A stretch of 44,016 bases of DNA, from the NCBI GenBank assembly GCA_037383445.1, contig JARROY010000013.1, forward strand, positions 1-44,016. The letters run 5' to 3'. The notes under the pieces were generated by a model. It had not been told where the DNA came from. It did no database searches and saw nothing but the letters and a program-made list of their open reading frames with translations. Below, piece by piece: positions 1 through 7,988 of the stretch (position 1 is its first letter; the number at the start of each line of letters is the position of its first letter). The stretch comes from Anaerolineales bacterium. GTDB taxonomy: Bacteria; Chloroflexota; Anaerolineae; Anaerolineales; UBA11579. Position numbers and translations under genes: made by a program.

Positions 1-324
1 TAAGAGTCCTTCCTGTTCAATATTCCAAATGACGTGATTCCAGGTTTGTAAACTCAGTCCAGGCGAATTCGCATCAACAATTTGAACCAATAAGTGCGGG
101 AGTCCCATTTCTTTCATCGCTGTAACCCGGTTCGCCCCATCCAGAACCATAAATTGGCTGCCAGCATCGCCAATTGGAATTACTACTGGAGGCTTGTACA
201 AGATGCGCGAGGATTTAATCCGTTCTAATAGAGGGAGGGTACGCTGGGGGTCATGATGCTCGTGAAGGCAAATGGTTTCTGCTGGAAGAATATCCAGAGA
301 GGGGTAGCGTTGAATAGTGGTCAT
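1..324 (-). CDS. ParB/Srx-fold (ParB N-terminal-like) domain protein. Only the 5-prime part is present; the gene runs off the left edge.
   Basis: Manual reverse translation from ATG at 324-322 gives MTTIQRYPSLDILPAETICLHEHHDPQRTLPLLERIKSSRILYKPPVVIPIGDAGSQFMVLDGANRVTAMKEMGLPHLLVQIVD..., open to position 1. The VLDGANR and HLLVQ pattern is typical of ParB/sulfiredoxin-fold proteins (SbnI/SerK-like). It is absent from the ORF track because there is no stop in the window. Confidence 0.5.
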   Translation of the reverse strand, partial: MTTIQRYPSLDILPAETICLHEHHDPQRTLPLLERIKSSRILYKPPVVIPIGDAGSQFMVLDGANRVTAMKEMGLPHLLVQIVDANSPGLSLQTWNHVIWNIEQEGLL

Positions 325-356
325 TAAAAGTCCTGTTCTGGGACGAATCTGGAACT

Positions 357-1286
357 TTAGGGACAGGCAAATCCCTGGTGCTGCTCAAAGGTTTCTGAAA
401 AATTATGTCTGCCGGAGCCATCACAGGCTGCCCTGAAAAAATAATAGGGGGTCTGGGCAGGGAACGCTACGGCTTGTAGAGCTGCCAAGCTTGGATTGGC
501 GATTGGGGTTGGCGGTAAACCTGAATATAAATAGGTGTTATAAGGTGAGAGCACCTCTAAATGTTCATAGGTTAGGGGATTCGTCCACCATGAATTTTGT
601 TCGTTATTATACCCGAGGGCATATTGTACGGTAGGGTCTGTTTCTAATTTCATTGAAATTTCTAATCGATTGAAGAATACCGAAGCAATGATTGGCATCT
701 CATCATTGTTTATGGCCTCTCTTTGGATGATCGAGGCTAAGATAAGGGCTTGATGCAGGGTCAGTCCTTGCTGTTCAATTCCTTCAAGAGTTTTTGGCGG
801 CAGGCTCTCTTCAAATCTTTCTAACAAGAATTGAACCAATTGTTCGGCTTTGATCGTTCGTTCAACTTCATAAATCCCTGGCGGAAAAAAGCCTTCTAAT
901 GAAGCCCCTACCGGCACGTCCTGCATGATTGGAAGATTGGGATATCGTTGATTAGCTGCCTGGAGAAATTCCTCGGGCGTTATTTCAATTCCTGTTGAGG
1001 GAAGGCTTTCTGCGATTTCTTCCATTCTCCAACCTGGCAAAATGGACACTTTTACAAACCATGGTGTGGCATCCAACAGCGTATTGGCAATTTCCACAGC
1101 GGACATACCCTTGTTTAACCGGTAGGTTCCTGCCTGAAGCTGGGTATCGAGCCCTGCATAGATTAAGTAGTCTCGAAACAGGGTGCTGTTGAAAATTAAT
1201 CCATTATCAGCCAGTTCGGTAATAATCGAATCGGTTGGTTGGTCTAGTTCAATCGATATGTCCACAATGTCAGTATCAATCCCCAC
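357..1286 (-). CDS. mltG: Endolytic murein transglycosylase MltG (YceG-like), main body. The N-terminal TM segment lies in another frame.
   Basis: 309-aa ORF with YceG-family features (ASIIQREA, DPTVQYALGY, SPYNTYLYSGLPPTPIANPS). It sits downstream of ruvX, the widespread alaS-ruvX-mltG arrangement. Confidence 0.85.
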   Translation of the reverse strand: MGIDTDIVDISIELDQPTDSIITELADNGLIFNSTLFRDYLIYAGLDTQLQAGTYRLNKGMSAVEIANTLLDATPWFVKVSILPGWRMEEIAESLPSTGIEITPEEFLQAANQRYPNLPIMQDVPVGASLEGFFPPGIYEVERTIKAEQLVQFLLERFEESLPPKTLEGIEQQGLTLHQALILASIIQREAINNDEMPIIASVFFNRLEISMKLETDPTVQYALGYNNEQNSWWTNPLTYEHLEVLSPYNTYLYSGLPPTPIANPSLAALQAVAFPAQTPYYFFRAACDGSGRHNFSETFEQHQGFACP

Positions 1287-1374
1287 CGGCTCTAAGAGAA
1301 GGGGTTGCTAATATTAGTGCACCGATCGTGATGATAAGGAAAACAGAAGAAAATTTAGAGCGAGTTCTTTTCAT
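1276..1374 (-). CDS. mltG: Out-of-frame N-terminal membrane-anchor fragment of MltG
   Basis: Manual translation from ATG 1374 gives MKRTRSKFSSVFLIITIGALILATPSLRAGGD*, a basic stretch plus TM helix as expected for the MltG N-terminus. It is offset by one nucleotide from the 357..1286 frame, and the switch fits the C-run at 1281-1284. Confidence 0.6.
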   Translation of the reverse strand: MKRTRSKFSSVFLIITIGALILATPSLRAGGD

Positions 1375-1795
1375 CGGGGTTTGCAGTGGGATTCATATCA
1401 AGATAGGATTGCAGGATGACGGCAGCAGCAGTTTCATCCAAATGGCCGCGCCTGTTTTTTCGGCTTGATCCAAATTTTATTTTGCTTTTGACAGCTTGTT
1501 GGGTGCTGAAACTTTCATCCCACAACTCAACGGGTATAGACGATGACGAGCGGATTTCAGCTGCCAGCCGGGCTGCTTTTCGTCCGGAAAAATTAGGTTT
1601 CCCATCCACGTCGGTAGCTTGCCCGACCACGATTTTGGTAACCTTTTCTTTTTCAGCAAGTTCAACAATTCTCTGTGCATCACCCTTGCGGCTTGAATGT
1701 GGCATGACCATCAGCGGGCGTGCCAGGGTGGCAGAGATGTCACTAATGGCGATGCCGATATTCTTTTCACCAGGGTCTATACCAAGAATGCGCAA
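1355..1795 (-). CDS. ruvX: Holliday-junction-resolvase-like / pre-16S rRNA nuclease RuvX (YqgF)
   Basis: RILGIDPGEKNIGIAISD N-terminal motif and C-terminal AAAVILQSYLD. I prefer the TTG start at 1795, preceded by AGGAA 8 nt upstream, over the TTG at 1828, which would overlap the upstream gene. Confidence 0.85.
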   Translation of the reverse strand: MRILGIDPGEKNIGIAISDISATLARPLMVMPHSSRKGDAQRIVELAEKEKVTKIVVGQATDVDGKPNFSGRKAARLAAEIRSSSSIPVELWDESFSTQQAVKSKIKFGSSRKNRRGHLDETAAAVILQSYLDMNPTANPDEKNSL

Positions 1796-1805
1796 ATTTT
1801 CGTTC

Positions 1806-3311
1806 CTAATGCAGGGTGACTGTTTCAATCCTCAGTTCTGATAATGGAATCAACGGCCACCATTCTGGAAATAAGGATATTGTTGGTCCTTGTGATAACC
1901 CCATTTCCTTTTTAAATATTTGAGTTGCTTTTTCCGGGGTACGGCCAAGGATTTGGTCAATCGTTTGGGGAAGAGCCTGAATAGTAAAGATCTTTCGAGA
2001 GATTTCTACTTCCCAGACGACTTGTTCTGTATCGCCAACCTCTGGGGGTGTGACAGATTCTATTTGTATTGTCTGAGGTTGAGCGCTGTAACCATCAGGT
2101 AGAGTGACATCCAAGATAGCATTTCCCATGGTTTGGATCTCGTTCCATTTTAGATAAAGGATTTCGTATTCTACTCTAAGCAGCAGGGACAAGGTGGAGC
2201 TGGGTTCTGGTTCTTGGGGAGTGAAGGTTTCTTCCAGGATGACCGCCGTCCGAGGTTCAGTATCCACAATAATATCTTTTTCTTCAAGGAGGAGGGCAGC
2301 CTCATCAAGGGCTGTTTGCCAAAGAGATGCCAACAAATCCTCAGAAAGAGTTTGGTAATCATCAAGTGTGGGAGAACGACTCAACCGTTCATCTCCCCCT
2401 GTGGTTGGTTCGGGGTTCGTCGCGGTCAAACTGCGGGATAGATCGCCCTCGATAACAACCAATGAATTCTCAGGGAGATTTCCTTGCGGACCTGGATTGG
2501 TGCACTCAATGGGAACCCTGGTAGTCGCACCCGATTCGGGGTTGATCGTGGTTTCGCTTAAGGTTGTGAAGCGATACGGAGAATTTGGATCTGTTGTGCG
2601 GATGATGGTTCCCTGAGGAATGGTAATCTCCTGGTCCGTCAGGTTTGTAAATACGATTAATCCTTTGGCTGGGTTATCCGGGATTCCAGTTTGTCCCGAC
2701 GGTTCCCGTTCTCGACGTCCTTCCACAGTAATAGTCAGAAGGTGTGCGGGGATTGCGCCGGAGAGGTTGTACGTCTGGTACTCTTGGTTTGCAGAAATGG
2801 TAAGGGGGAGCGTTTGGGTCTCAAATTTGGGAAGGTATTCAATTCGGGCACCAGGGATCAGGAAAGCTGCCAAAACCAGTACCGATACGATGCTGATGAT
2901 AAAGGCCGTTATTCTAAAAGCCTTGGTTTGCGTCCAGGCAGGAGGAGAAGAGTCTTGGATCAGTCTGGCTAGTTCTTCCCTTGAGCGTTTGTTTGCAGGA
3001 CGTTGTATTTCTTGGTGAGGAGGTAAGGTGTATTCCCATGCCACCCGCTGAGCTTGTCGGAGCGACCGGAAAACGGGAATTCCTAACTCAGAAGCGAAAT
3101 CAACAACCTCTCTTTTTTTGCACACTAGAGCCAATTTCATCTCAGAAGATTGGCATCTGCGGTGGATCAGCTTAAGGTCCAACTTGCTAGCCAGCGGAAC
3201 GCCGCGCACCGGCCAGATCATGATGACTCGATCTGCCTGACCCCAATTGAGTTTGTCTAGTACCGAGTGGCGGTCGTCAAAAGATTCCAGATGGAGGATT
3301 TGCGTTTTCAC
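1806..3311 (-). CDS. Conserved hypothetical single-pass membrane protein, possibly with a baseplate-J/gp47-like beta-rich region
   Basis: 501-aa ORF with a GTG start 5 nt after the alaS stop. It has a soluble N-terminal domain of about 95 aa, a TM helix (AFRITAFIISIVSVLVLAAFLIPGA), then a long extracytoplasmic region. The segment VPIECTNPGPQGNLPENSLVVIEG recalls baseplate-J-like proteins, but that is from memory only. Confidence 0.6.
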   Translation of the reverse strand: MKTQILHLESFDDRHSVLDKLNWGQADRVIMIWPVRGVPLASKLDLKLIHRRCQSSEMKLALVCKKREVVDFASELGIPVFRSLRQAQRVAWEYTLPPHQEIQRPANKRSREELARLIQDSSPPAWTQTKAFRITAFIISIVSVLVLAAFLIPGARIEYLPKFETQTLPLTISANQEYQTYNLSGAIPAHLLTITVEGRREREPSGQTGIPDNPAKGLIVFTNLTDQEITIPQGTIIRTTDPNSPYRFTTLSETTINPESGATTRVPIECTNPGPQGNLPENSLVVIEGDLSRSLTATNPEPTTGGDERLSRSPTLDDYQTLSEDLLASLWQTALDEAALLLEEKDIIVDTEPRTAVILEETFTPQEPEPSSTLSLLLRVEYEILYLKWNEIQTMGNAILDVTLPDGYSAQPQTIQIESVTPPEVGDTEQVVWEVEISRKIFTIQALPQTIDQILGRTPEKATQIFKKEMGLSQGPTISLFPEWWPLIPLSELRIETVTLH

Positions 3312-3316
3312 AGGTG

Positions 3317-5968
3317 CTAGGCCAATTTCCCCTCAACCCAAGGAACAACTTTCTGCAGAGCTTCTTCCAGTTTGGAGGCATCTTTGCCCCCAGCCTGTGC
3401 CATATTTGGACGACCGCCGCCGCTGCCGCCAACCACTTCCGCAACCACCTGTACCAAATCACCTGCTTTTAATCCTTTTTGAACCAGGTCATCGGTGATG
3501 GCTGCAATGATGGCAGGCTTATCATCAATCACTGCGCCTAATACGGCGACACCGCTCTGGGTTTGCTGGCGAAACCGGTCGCTCATATCTCTCAGGGTGT
3601 CTCTGCCAGCCTCTGGCAGAATGGCGGTTAATACCCGGATGCCTTGGACTTCGACAGCATTTTTAATTTGCTCCTCAAATGATTCTCCAACCAACTCGCG
3701 ACGCAGGGCGGCATTTTCTTTATGGGTATCTGCTAGGTCTGATACTAAAGTCTCGGTCTTTTCGAGCAGCTGATCGGGAGAGGTTTTTAATAAATCTGAG
3801 AGCTTTTCGATTTCAGCGATCCGCTGCTGGACGATCTGGTAAGCGCGCCGGCCGGAGACGGCTTCGATACGGCGGATACCAGAGGCAACACTACCCTCAC
3901 TTGTGATCAGGAAGGTTCCAATTTCTCCAGTTGAGTCGACGTGGGTCCCCCCGCACAATTCATATGAGAAAGGGTGGTCTCCACCAATTTGGATCGTCCG
4001 GACAATGTCGCCGTATTTTTCCCCAAACAGCGCTCTTGCCCCTTCAGATTTTGCCTGATCGAGGGGCTTGTGCTCAATTTTCAATGCAAAATTATTGAGA
4101 ATATGCCGGTTAACCCCAGCCTCAATTTCGGTTAACTGCTTTTTCGTTAGAGCTTGTGGATGTGTGAAGTCGAAGCGCAAACGGTCTGGAGCCACCAATG
4201 ATCCGGCTTGTCTGGCATGGGAACCCAGGACACGGTCAAGTTCAGCGTGCAGCAGGTGAGTGGCAGTGTGATTCCGCATGATATCCTGTCTGCGTGGTAG
4301 ATCGACGATCCCGACAGCCAGATCTCCGACAGAGGGGCTGCCTTTAGTCACCCTGCCGCGATGAGAGATTAGCCCCGCTGCAGGTCTCCGGGTATCGGTG
4401 ATTTCAATCTCCCAGCCTTTTTCCTGCGAGAAGATCTTCCCAGTATCTGAAACTTGTCCTCCAGCAGAGACATAGAACCCAGTTTCGGGGAGAATGACCT
4501 CGACCTGATCTTCCGGTTTGGCGACTTTTAAAGTCTGCCCATCCGAGATCATTGCCAGCACCTCCCCTTTAACACGAAGCAGGTGGTAAGGGTCGTATTT
4601 AACCCCTGAGCTTGGCAGTTTTCCTTGTTCTTGGAGCTTTTCGAAAATGGTGTGGAAGAATTCTGCATCTTCTCCGCCCAGATCTCCCATGGCTTTTCCG
4701 CTGCCAGAAGCCAGACGGTGTTCTTCCATCGCCTCTGCAAAACCACGCTCGTCGACTTTAAGACCATATTCCAATGCGATATCGCGCGTGATCTCGAGGG
4801 GAAGTCCGTGGGTTGCATAAAGGTCGAATGTGAGCTTTCCAGGCAAAATGGACTGGTTTTTAGCCTTGGCATCGTTAATCATGTTCTCAAGTTGAGCGAT
4901 CCCACCTTCAACGGTTTTTTGGAATCGCTCTTCTTCTCTTGTGAGCTGGGTGAGGATAATCTCGCGGTTTTTAATCAGTTCCGGATAGGCTCCTCCATAC
5001 AAATCGATGACCACTTTGGCGACTTCTGCCATAAAGGGTTCATTCATTTGGAGCTTCGAGGCAAAACGAGCTGCCCGACGGATGATCATCCGTGTTACAT
5101 AGTTGCGGCTCATGTTACCAGGGATCACACCATCCGCAATCAGGAAAGTCGCAGCACGAGAATGGTCGGCAATCACCCGATATGGGGTGAAATACTGCTC
5201 GCGCTGTTCGTCTGTATGCCCCATCAGTTCTTGGATTTTTAGGATAATTGGCCAGAACAAATCTGTCCGGTAATTTGAGGTCTTCTTCTGGAGAACGGAG
5301 ACAATCCGGTCAAATCCCATTCCGGTATCGACATGGGTAGCCGGAAGCGGCTCAAGGGTCGTGGGACCAGTTCGGTTGTACTGCATAAAGACTAAATTCC
5401 AGATTTCAACAAATCGGGGTCCATCCAGGTCGGGTCTTCCGTCTTCGAGATAGGTGATCTCACCATAAGCAGGTCCAAGGTCGATGTGGATTTCTGAATT
5501 TGGACCACAAGGACCGGTGTTGGCCATTTCCCAGAAATTATCCTTCCGTCCAAAAAAGAGAATGTGGTCAGGGTTCAGGCCGGGTTGATCTTTCCAGTAG
5601 GTGGCGGCTTCGTCGTCGGTGGGGATTTCTCCAAGTTCATCTTTGAAGACAGTGACATAGAGATTTTCACCTGGGATTCCCCAAACTTCGGTGAGCAATT
5701 CCCATGCCCATGCAATCGCTTCTTTCTTATAGTAATCTCCAAAGGACCAATTTCCCAGCATTTCGAAAAATGTATGGTGAGTGTCATCCATGCCTACGTC
5801 TTCTAGATCGTTGTGTTTACCAGCGACCCGCATACATTTTTGCGAGTTGACTGCCCGGCTATAGTCCCGTTTATCCGTTCCAAGAAAAACATCCTTAAAC
5901 TGAACCATCCCAGAATTGGTGAAGAGTAATGTTGCGTCCTCTCCGGGTACCAACGAGGAAGATGGCAC
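3317..5968 (-). CDS. alaS: Alanine--tRNA ligase, apparently truncated at the 5-prime end
   Basis: Motifs present: VPSSSLVP, LLFTNSGMVQFKDVF, HHTFFEMLGNWSFGDYYK, editing-domain HTATHLLH and CGGTH, and a C-terminal DHHA1-like GGGRPNMAQAGG. The first possible start is GTG 5968, with AAGGGA at 5979-5974. An in-frame TAA lies at 5980-5978. Confidence 0.9.
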   Translation of the reverse strand: MPSSSLVPGEDATLLFTNSGMVQFKDVFLGTDKRDYSRAVNSQKCMRVAGKHNDLEDVGMDDTHHTFFEMLGNWSFGDYYKKEAIAWAWELLTEVWGIPGENLYVTVFKDELGEIPTDDEAATYWKDQPGLNPDHILFFGRKDNFWEMANTGPCGPNSEIHIDLGPAYGEITYLEDGRPDLDGPRFVEIWNLVFMQYNRTGPTTLEPLPATHVDTGMGFDRIVSVLQKKTSNYRTDLFWPIILKIQELMGHTDEQREQYFTPYRVIADHSRAATFLIADGVIPGNMSRNYVTRMIIRRAARFASKLQMNEPFMAEVAKVVIDLYGGAYPELIKNREIILTQLTREEERFQKTVEGGIAQLENMINDAKAKNQSILPGKLTFDLYATHGLPLEITRDIALEYGLKVDERGFAEAMEEHRLASGSGKAMGDLGGEDAEFFHTIFEKLQEQGKLPSSGVKYDPYHLLRVKGEVLAMISDGQTLKVAKPEDQVEVILPETGFYVSAGGQVSDTGKIFSQEKGWEIEITDTRRPAAGLISHRGRVTKGSPSVGDLAVGIVDLPRRQDIMRNHTATHLLHAELDRVLGSHARQAGSLVAPDRLRFDFTHPQALTKKQLTEIEAGVNRHILNNFALKIEHKPLDQAKSEGARALFGEKYGDIVRTIQIGGDHPFSYELCGGTHVDSTGEIGTFLITSEGSVASGIRRIEAVSGRRAYQIVQQRIAEIEKLSDLLKTSPDQLLEKTETLVSDLADTHKENAALRRELVGESFEEQIKNAVEVQGIRVLTAILPEAGRDTLRDMSDRFRQQTQSGVAVLGAVIDDKPAIIAAITDDLVQKGLKAGDLVQVVAEVVGGSGGGRPNMAQAGGKDASKLEEALQKVVPWVEGKLA

Positions 5969-5985
5969 GAAAGTCCCTTATTTTA

Positions 5986-7200
5986 TCATCCGAGAGAGGA
6001 TGCGAGCCTCGAAAAATCCATGCCAGTTGGCTGCTGGAAGAGGCGTAAATCGAAGTAATGGGCAGCGGCAATTAGATGATCAAAGATCTCTGCTTGAATG
6101 GCTTCGTACTGGCCCCATTCTGTGGTTTTGGTGAATGCATACACCTCTATCGGCAAACCATGATCGGATGGGGCCAGTGCGCGTACGAGGAGCGACATTT
6201 TTTCCTGGTGAATATCTGGCCGGGTTCGGAGGTAATGTTCAATATACGCCCGAAAAACTTCAGCATTGGTGATGTTAGGGCCATCTAGGGGAGGATCGTA
6301 TCCTTCTGGTTGGGCTGTTTGGTAGGATTGAATCTGGGACCTCTTTTCCTGGACAAAATCTCGGACGAGATCGATCTTCTCCAACTTCTCAAGCATTTTA
6401 GGGTCGCAAAATTTGATGCTGGTGATATCGATGTTCAAGGACCGCATAATCCGTCGAGCACCGCTTTCCTGCATGCCGCGCCAGTTGATGTAAGCCACAT
6501 CGAGGATTTTAGAGGTCGGGATGATCGAGATGGTGTTGTTAAAGTTTCGGATTTTGATCGTATGCAGGCTGATATTTTGGACATCCCCATCTGCATTGTA
6601 ACTGGGCACTTCTACCCAGTCCCCTTCTTTTAATAGGTCATTGGCCGCAATTTGGATGCTGGCGACAATTGACAAGATAGTGCTCTGGAATATAAGCAGC
6701 AGGACCGCAGTGGCAGCCCCAATGCCAGTGAGTAATACGATAGGTGATTTACCAGTTACCAGAGAAATGGAGATGATCACGGCGATGATCAGGATGAGCA
6801 GTTTCACCAGATCGAGATATCCTTGGATCGCTACTCCGTTGTAAGACGGGCTGCTTTCATAAATTTGATTAAAAGCATTTAAAAGGGAATTTATGGTGAG
6901 TGCTGAAATCCAGATAATCAAGACTAGAGAAGCTTTTTCAATGATTACCTGGTAGTCGGGTACCCAATCGGCGAAGGCATAGATAATCACTAAGGGAGCT
7001 AACCAGGCAACTCTGAAAGGTTTTAGGTGGGCCACAATGATATCGTCGTTTTTGGTCTCAGTCCTCCCAGCTAGATAGATAAGGGCGCGCCCGACAATAA
7101 ATCGTCCCACAAGATAGACAAGGGTGCTTAGCACAACCGTGCTGAGTACGGCTAACCAGGGACGATTTTCAATGAAAAATATAATTTCTTCGTTTGTCAT
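5986..7200 (-). CDS. ybdG: MscS-family mechanosensitive channel, YbdG-like
   Basis: 404 aa with N-terminal TM helices. The C-terminus QYEAIQAEIFDHLIAAAHYFDLRLFQQPTGMDFSRLASSLG aligns to the end of E. coli YbdG ([40 protein letters not shown], recalled from memory). Confidence 0.8.
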   Translation of the reverse strand: MTNEEIIFFIENRPWLAVLSTVVLSTLVYLVGRFIVGRALIYLAGRTETKNDDIIVAHLKPFRVAWLAPLVIIYAFADWVPDYQVIIEKASLVLIIWISALTINSLLNAFNQIYESSPSYNGVAIQGYLDLVKLLILIIAVIISISLVTGKSPIVLLTGIGAATAVLLLIFQSTILSIVASIQIAANDLLKEGDWVEVPSYNADGDVQNISLHTIKIRNFNNTISIIPTSKILDVAYINWRGMQESGARRIMRSLNIDITSIKFCDPKMLEKLEKIDLVRDFVQEKRSQIQSYQTAQPEGYDPPLDGPNITNAEVFRAYIEHYLRTRPDIHQEKMSLLVRALAPSDHGLPIEVYAFTKTTEWGQYEAIQAEIFDHLIAAAHYFDLRLFQQPTGMDFSRLASSLG

Positions 7201-7268
7201 TTTTGCTCCGTGAAATGGATCATGAAATCATTTATTTTTTTACGAAATTCAACCCTGCAGCAGAGGTC

Positions 7269-7820
7269 TTATGCCAATATAACACCCTCATGTTTGAGTA
7301 AGGCGATCTTTCTCTTGCTGCCCATCACGCCTCCATAACCGCCAAGTGTTCCATCGGCACTCAATACACGATGACATGGAATTATAATCGGAATTGGGTT
7401 CCTGCGTAGTACCTGACCAATGGCTCTAGAGGCATTCGGGTTCTCGATGGCTTCTGCGATTTCCCCATAAGTTGTGGACGCGCCAAAGGGGATTTCTCGA
7501 ACGTATTGAAGTATTTCCTGCTGAAAATCAGTAAGCTCTGAGACGTCAAGCGTGAGGGATAAGGGAATCGGGGTTTTATCCTGACAGTAATTTTGGATGG
7601 CGGTTTGGTAGGGGGATAATTTTTCCGGGCTGTAAAGTATATTGGGCTGTTGCTCGTGTTCGATTGATTTCGCAATCTTTGCAATAAATTCAGCAGCATC
7701 ATCATCGAAGCGGAGGTACTTAAGACCAAGATCAGTGGCTGCCAACCATATTTTTCCCAAAACGCCTGATTGAAACTCCGAATAATAAATATTTGAACTG
7801 GGGTTGCCTTTCTGCTCCAT
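7269..7820 (-). CDS. ogt: Methylated-DNA--protein-cysteine methyltransferase
   Basis: Active-site PCHRV motif (IIIPCHRVLSADGTLGGYGG). 183 aa. Confidence 0.9.
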   Translation of the reverse strand: MEQKGNPSSNIYYSEFQSGVLGKIWLAATDLGLKYLRFDDDAAEFIAKIAKSIEHEQQPNILYSPEKLSPYQTAIQNYCQDKTPIPLSLTLDVSELTDFQQEILQYVREIPFGASTTYGEIAEAIENPNASRAIGQVLRRNPIPIIIPCHRVLSADGTLGGYGGVMGSKRKIALLKHEGVILA

Positions 7821-7920
7821 CTGCCAATCCTTTAGAGATCTGGGGCTGGTCGGATATATTTCCCTTCATTATAGCTGAGTTTGATAGCTAGCAAGGAATT
7901 AAACTGGGAATTTTGAATTG

Positions 7921-7951
7921 TTGACTGAAAGAAAAAAGCTTAGGATATAAT
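7921..7951 (+). promoter_or_regulatory. Candidate sigma70-type promoter for the 7989 gene
   Basis: TTGACT at 7921-7926 and TATAAT at 7946-7951. The spacer is 19 nt, or 17 nt if the -10 is read as GATATA. An AAGGAGAAG RBS follows at about 7975. Confidence 0.45.
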
Positions 7952-7988
7952 GATGCAGTAATTTTATCGATAATAAGGAGAAGCAGAT

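Noticed and set aside
5990-6040. In the alaS reading frame, just upstream of the TAA, the translation reads ...NWHGFFEARILSRMIK*. The FFEAR stretch resembles the AlaRS N-terminal FL-x-FF-E-x-R-GH motif, which suggested the missing alaS N-terminus might be hidden here.
   Set aside because: The same nucleotides in another frame encode ...LRLFQQPTGMDFSRLASSLG*. This aligns residue for residue with the authentic C-terminus of YbdG-type channels, so that frame is the real one. The spacing from FFEAR to VPSSS is also 7 codons too long, and there is no start codon. I treat it as coincidence.
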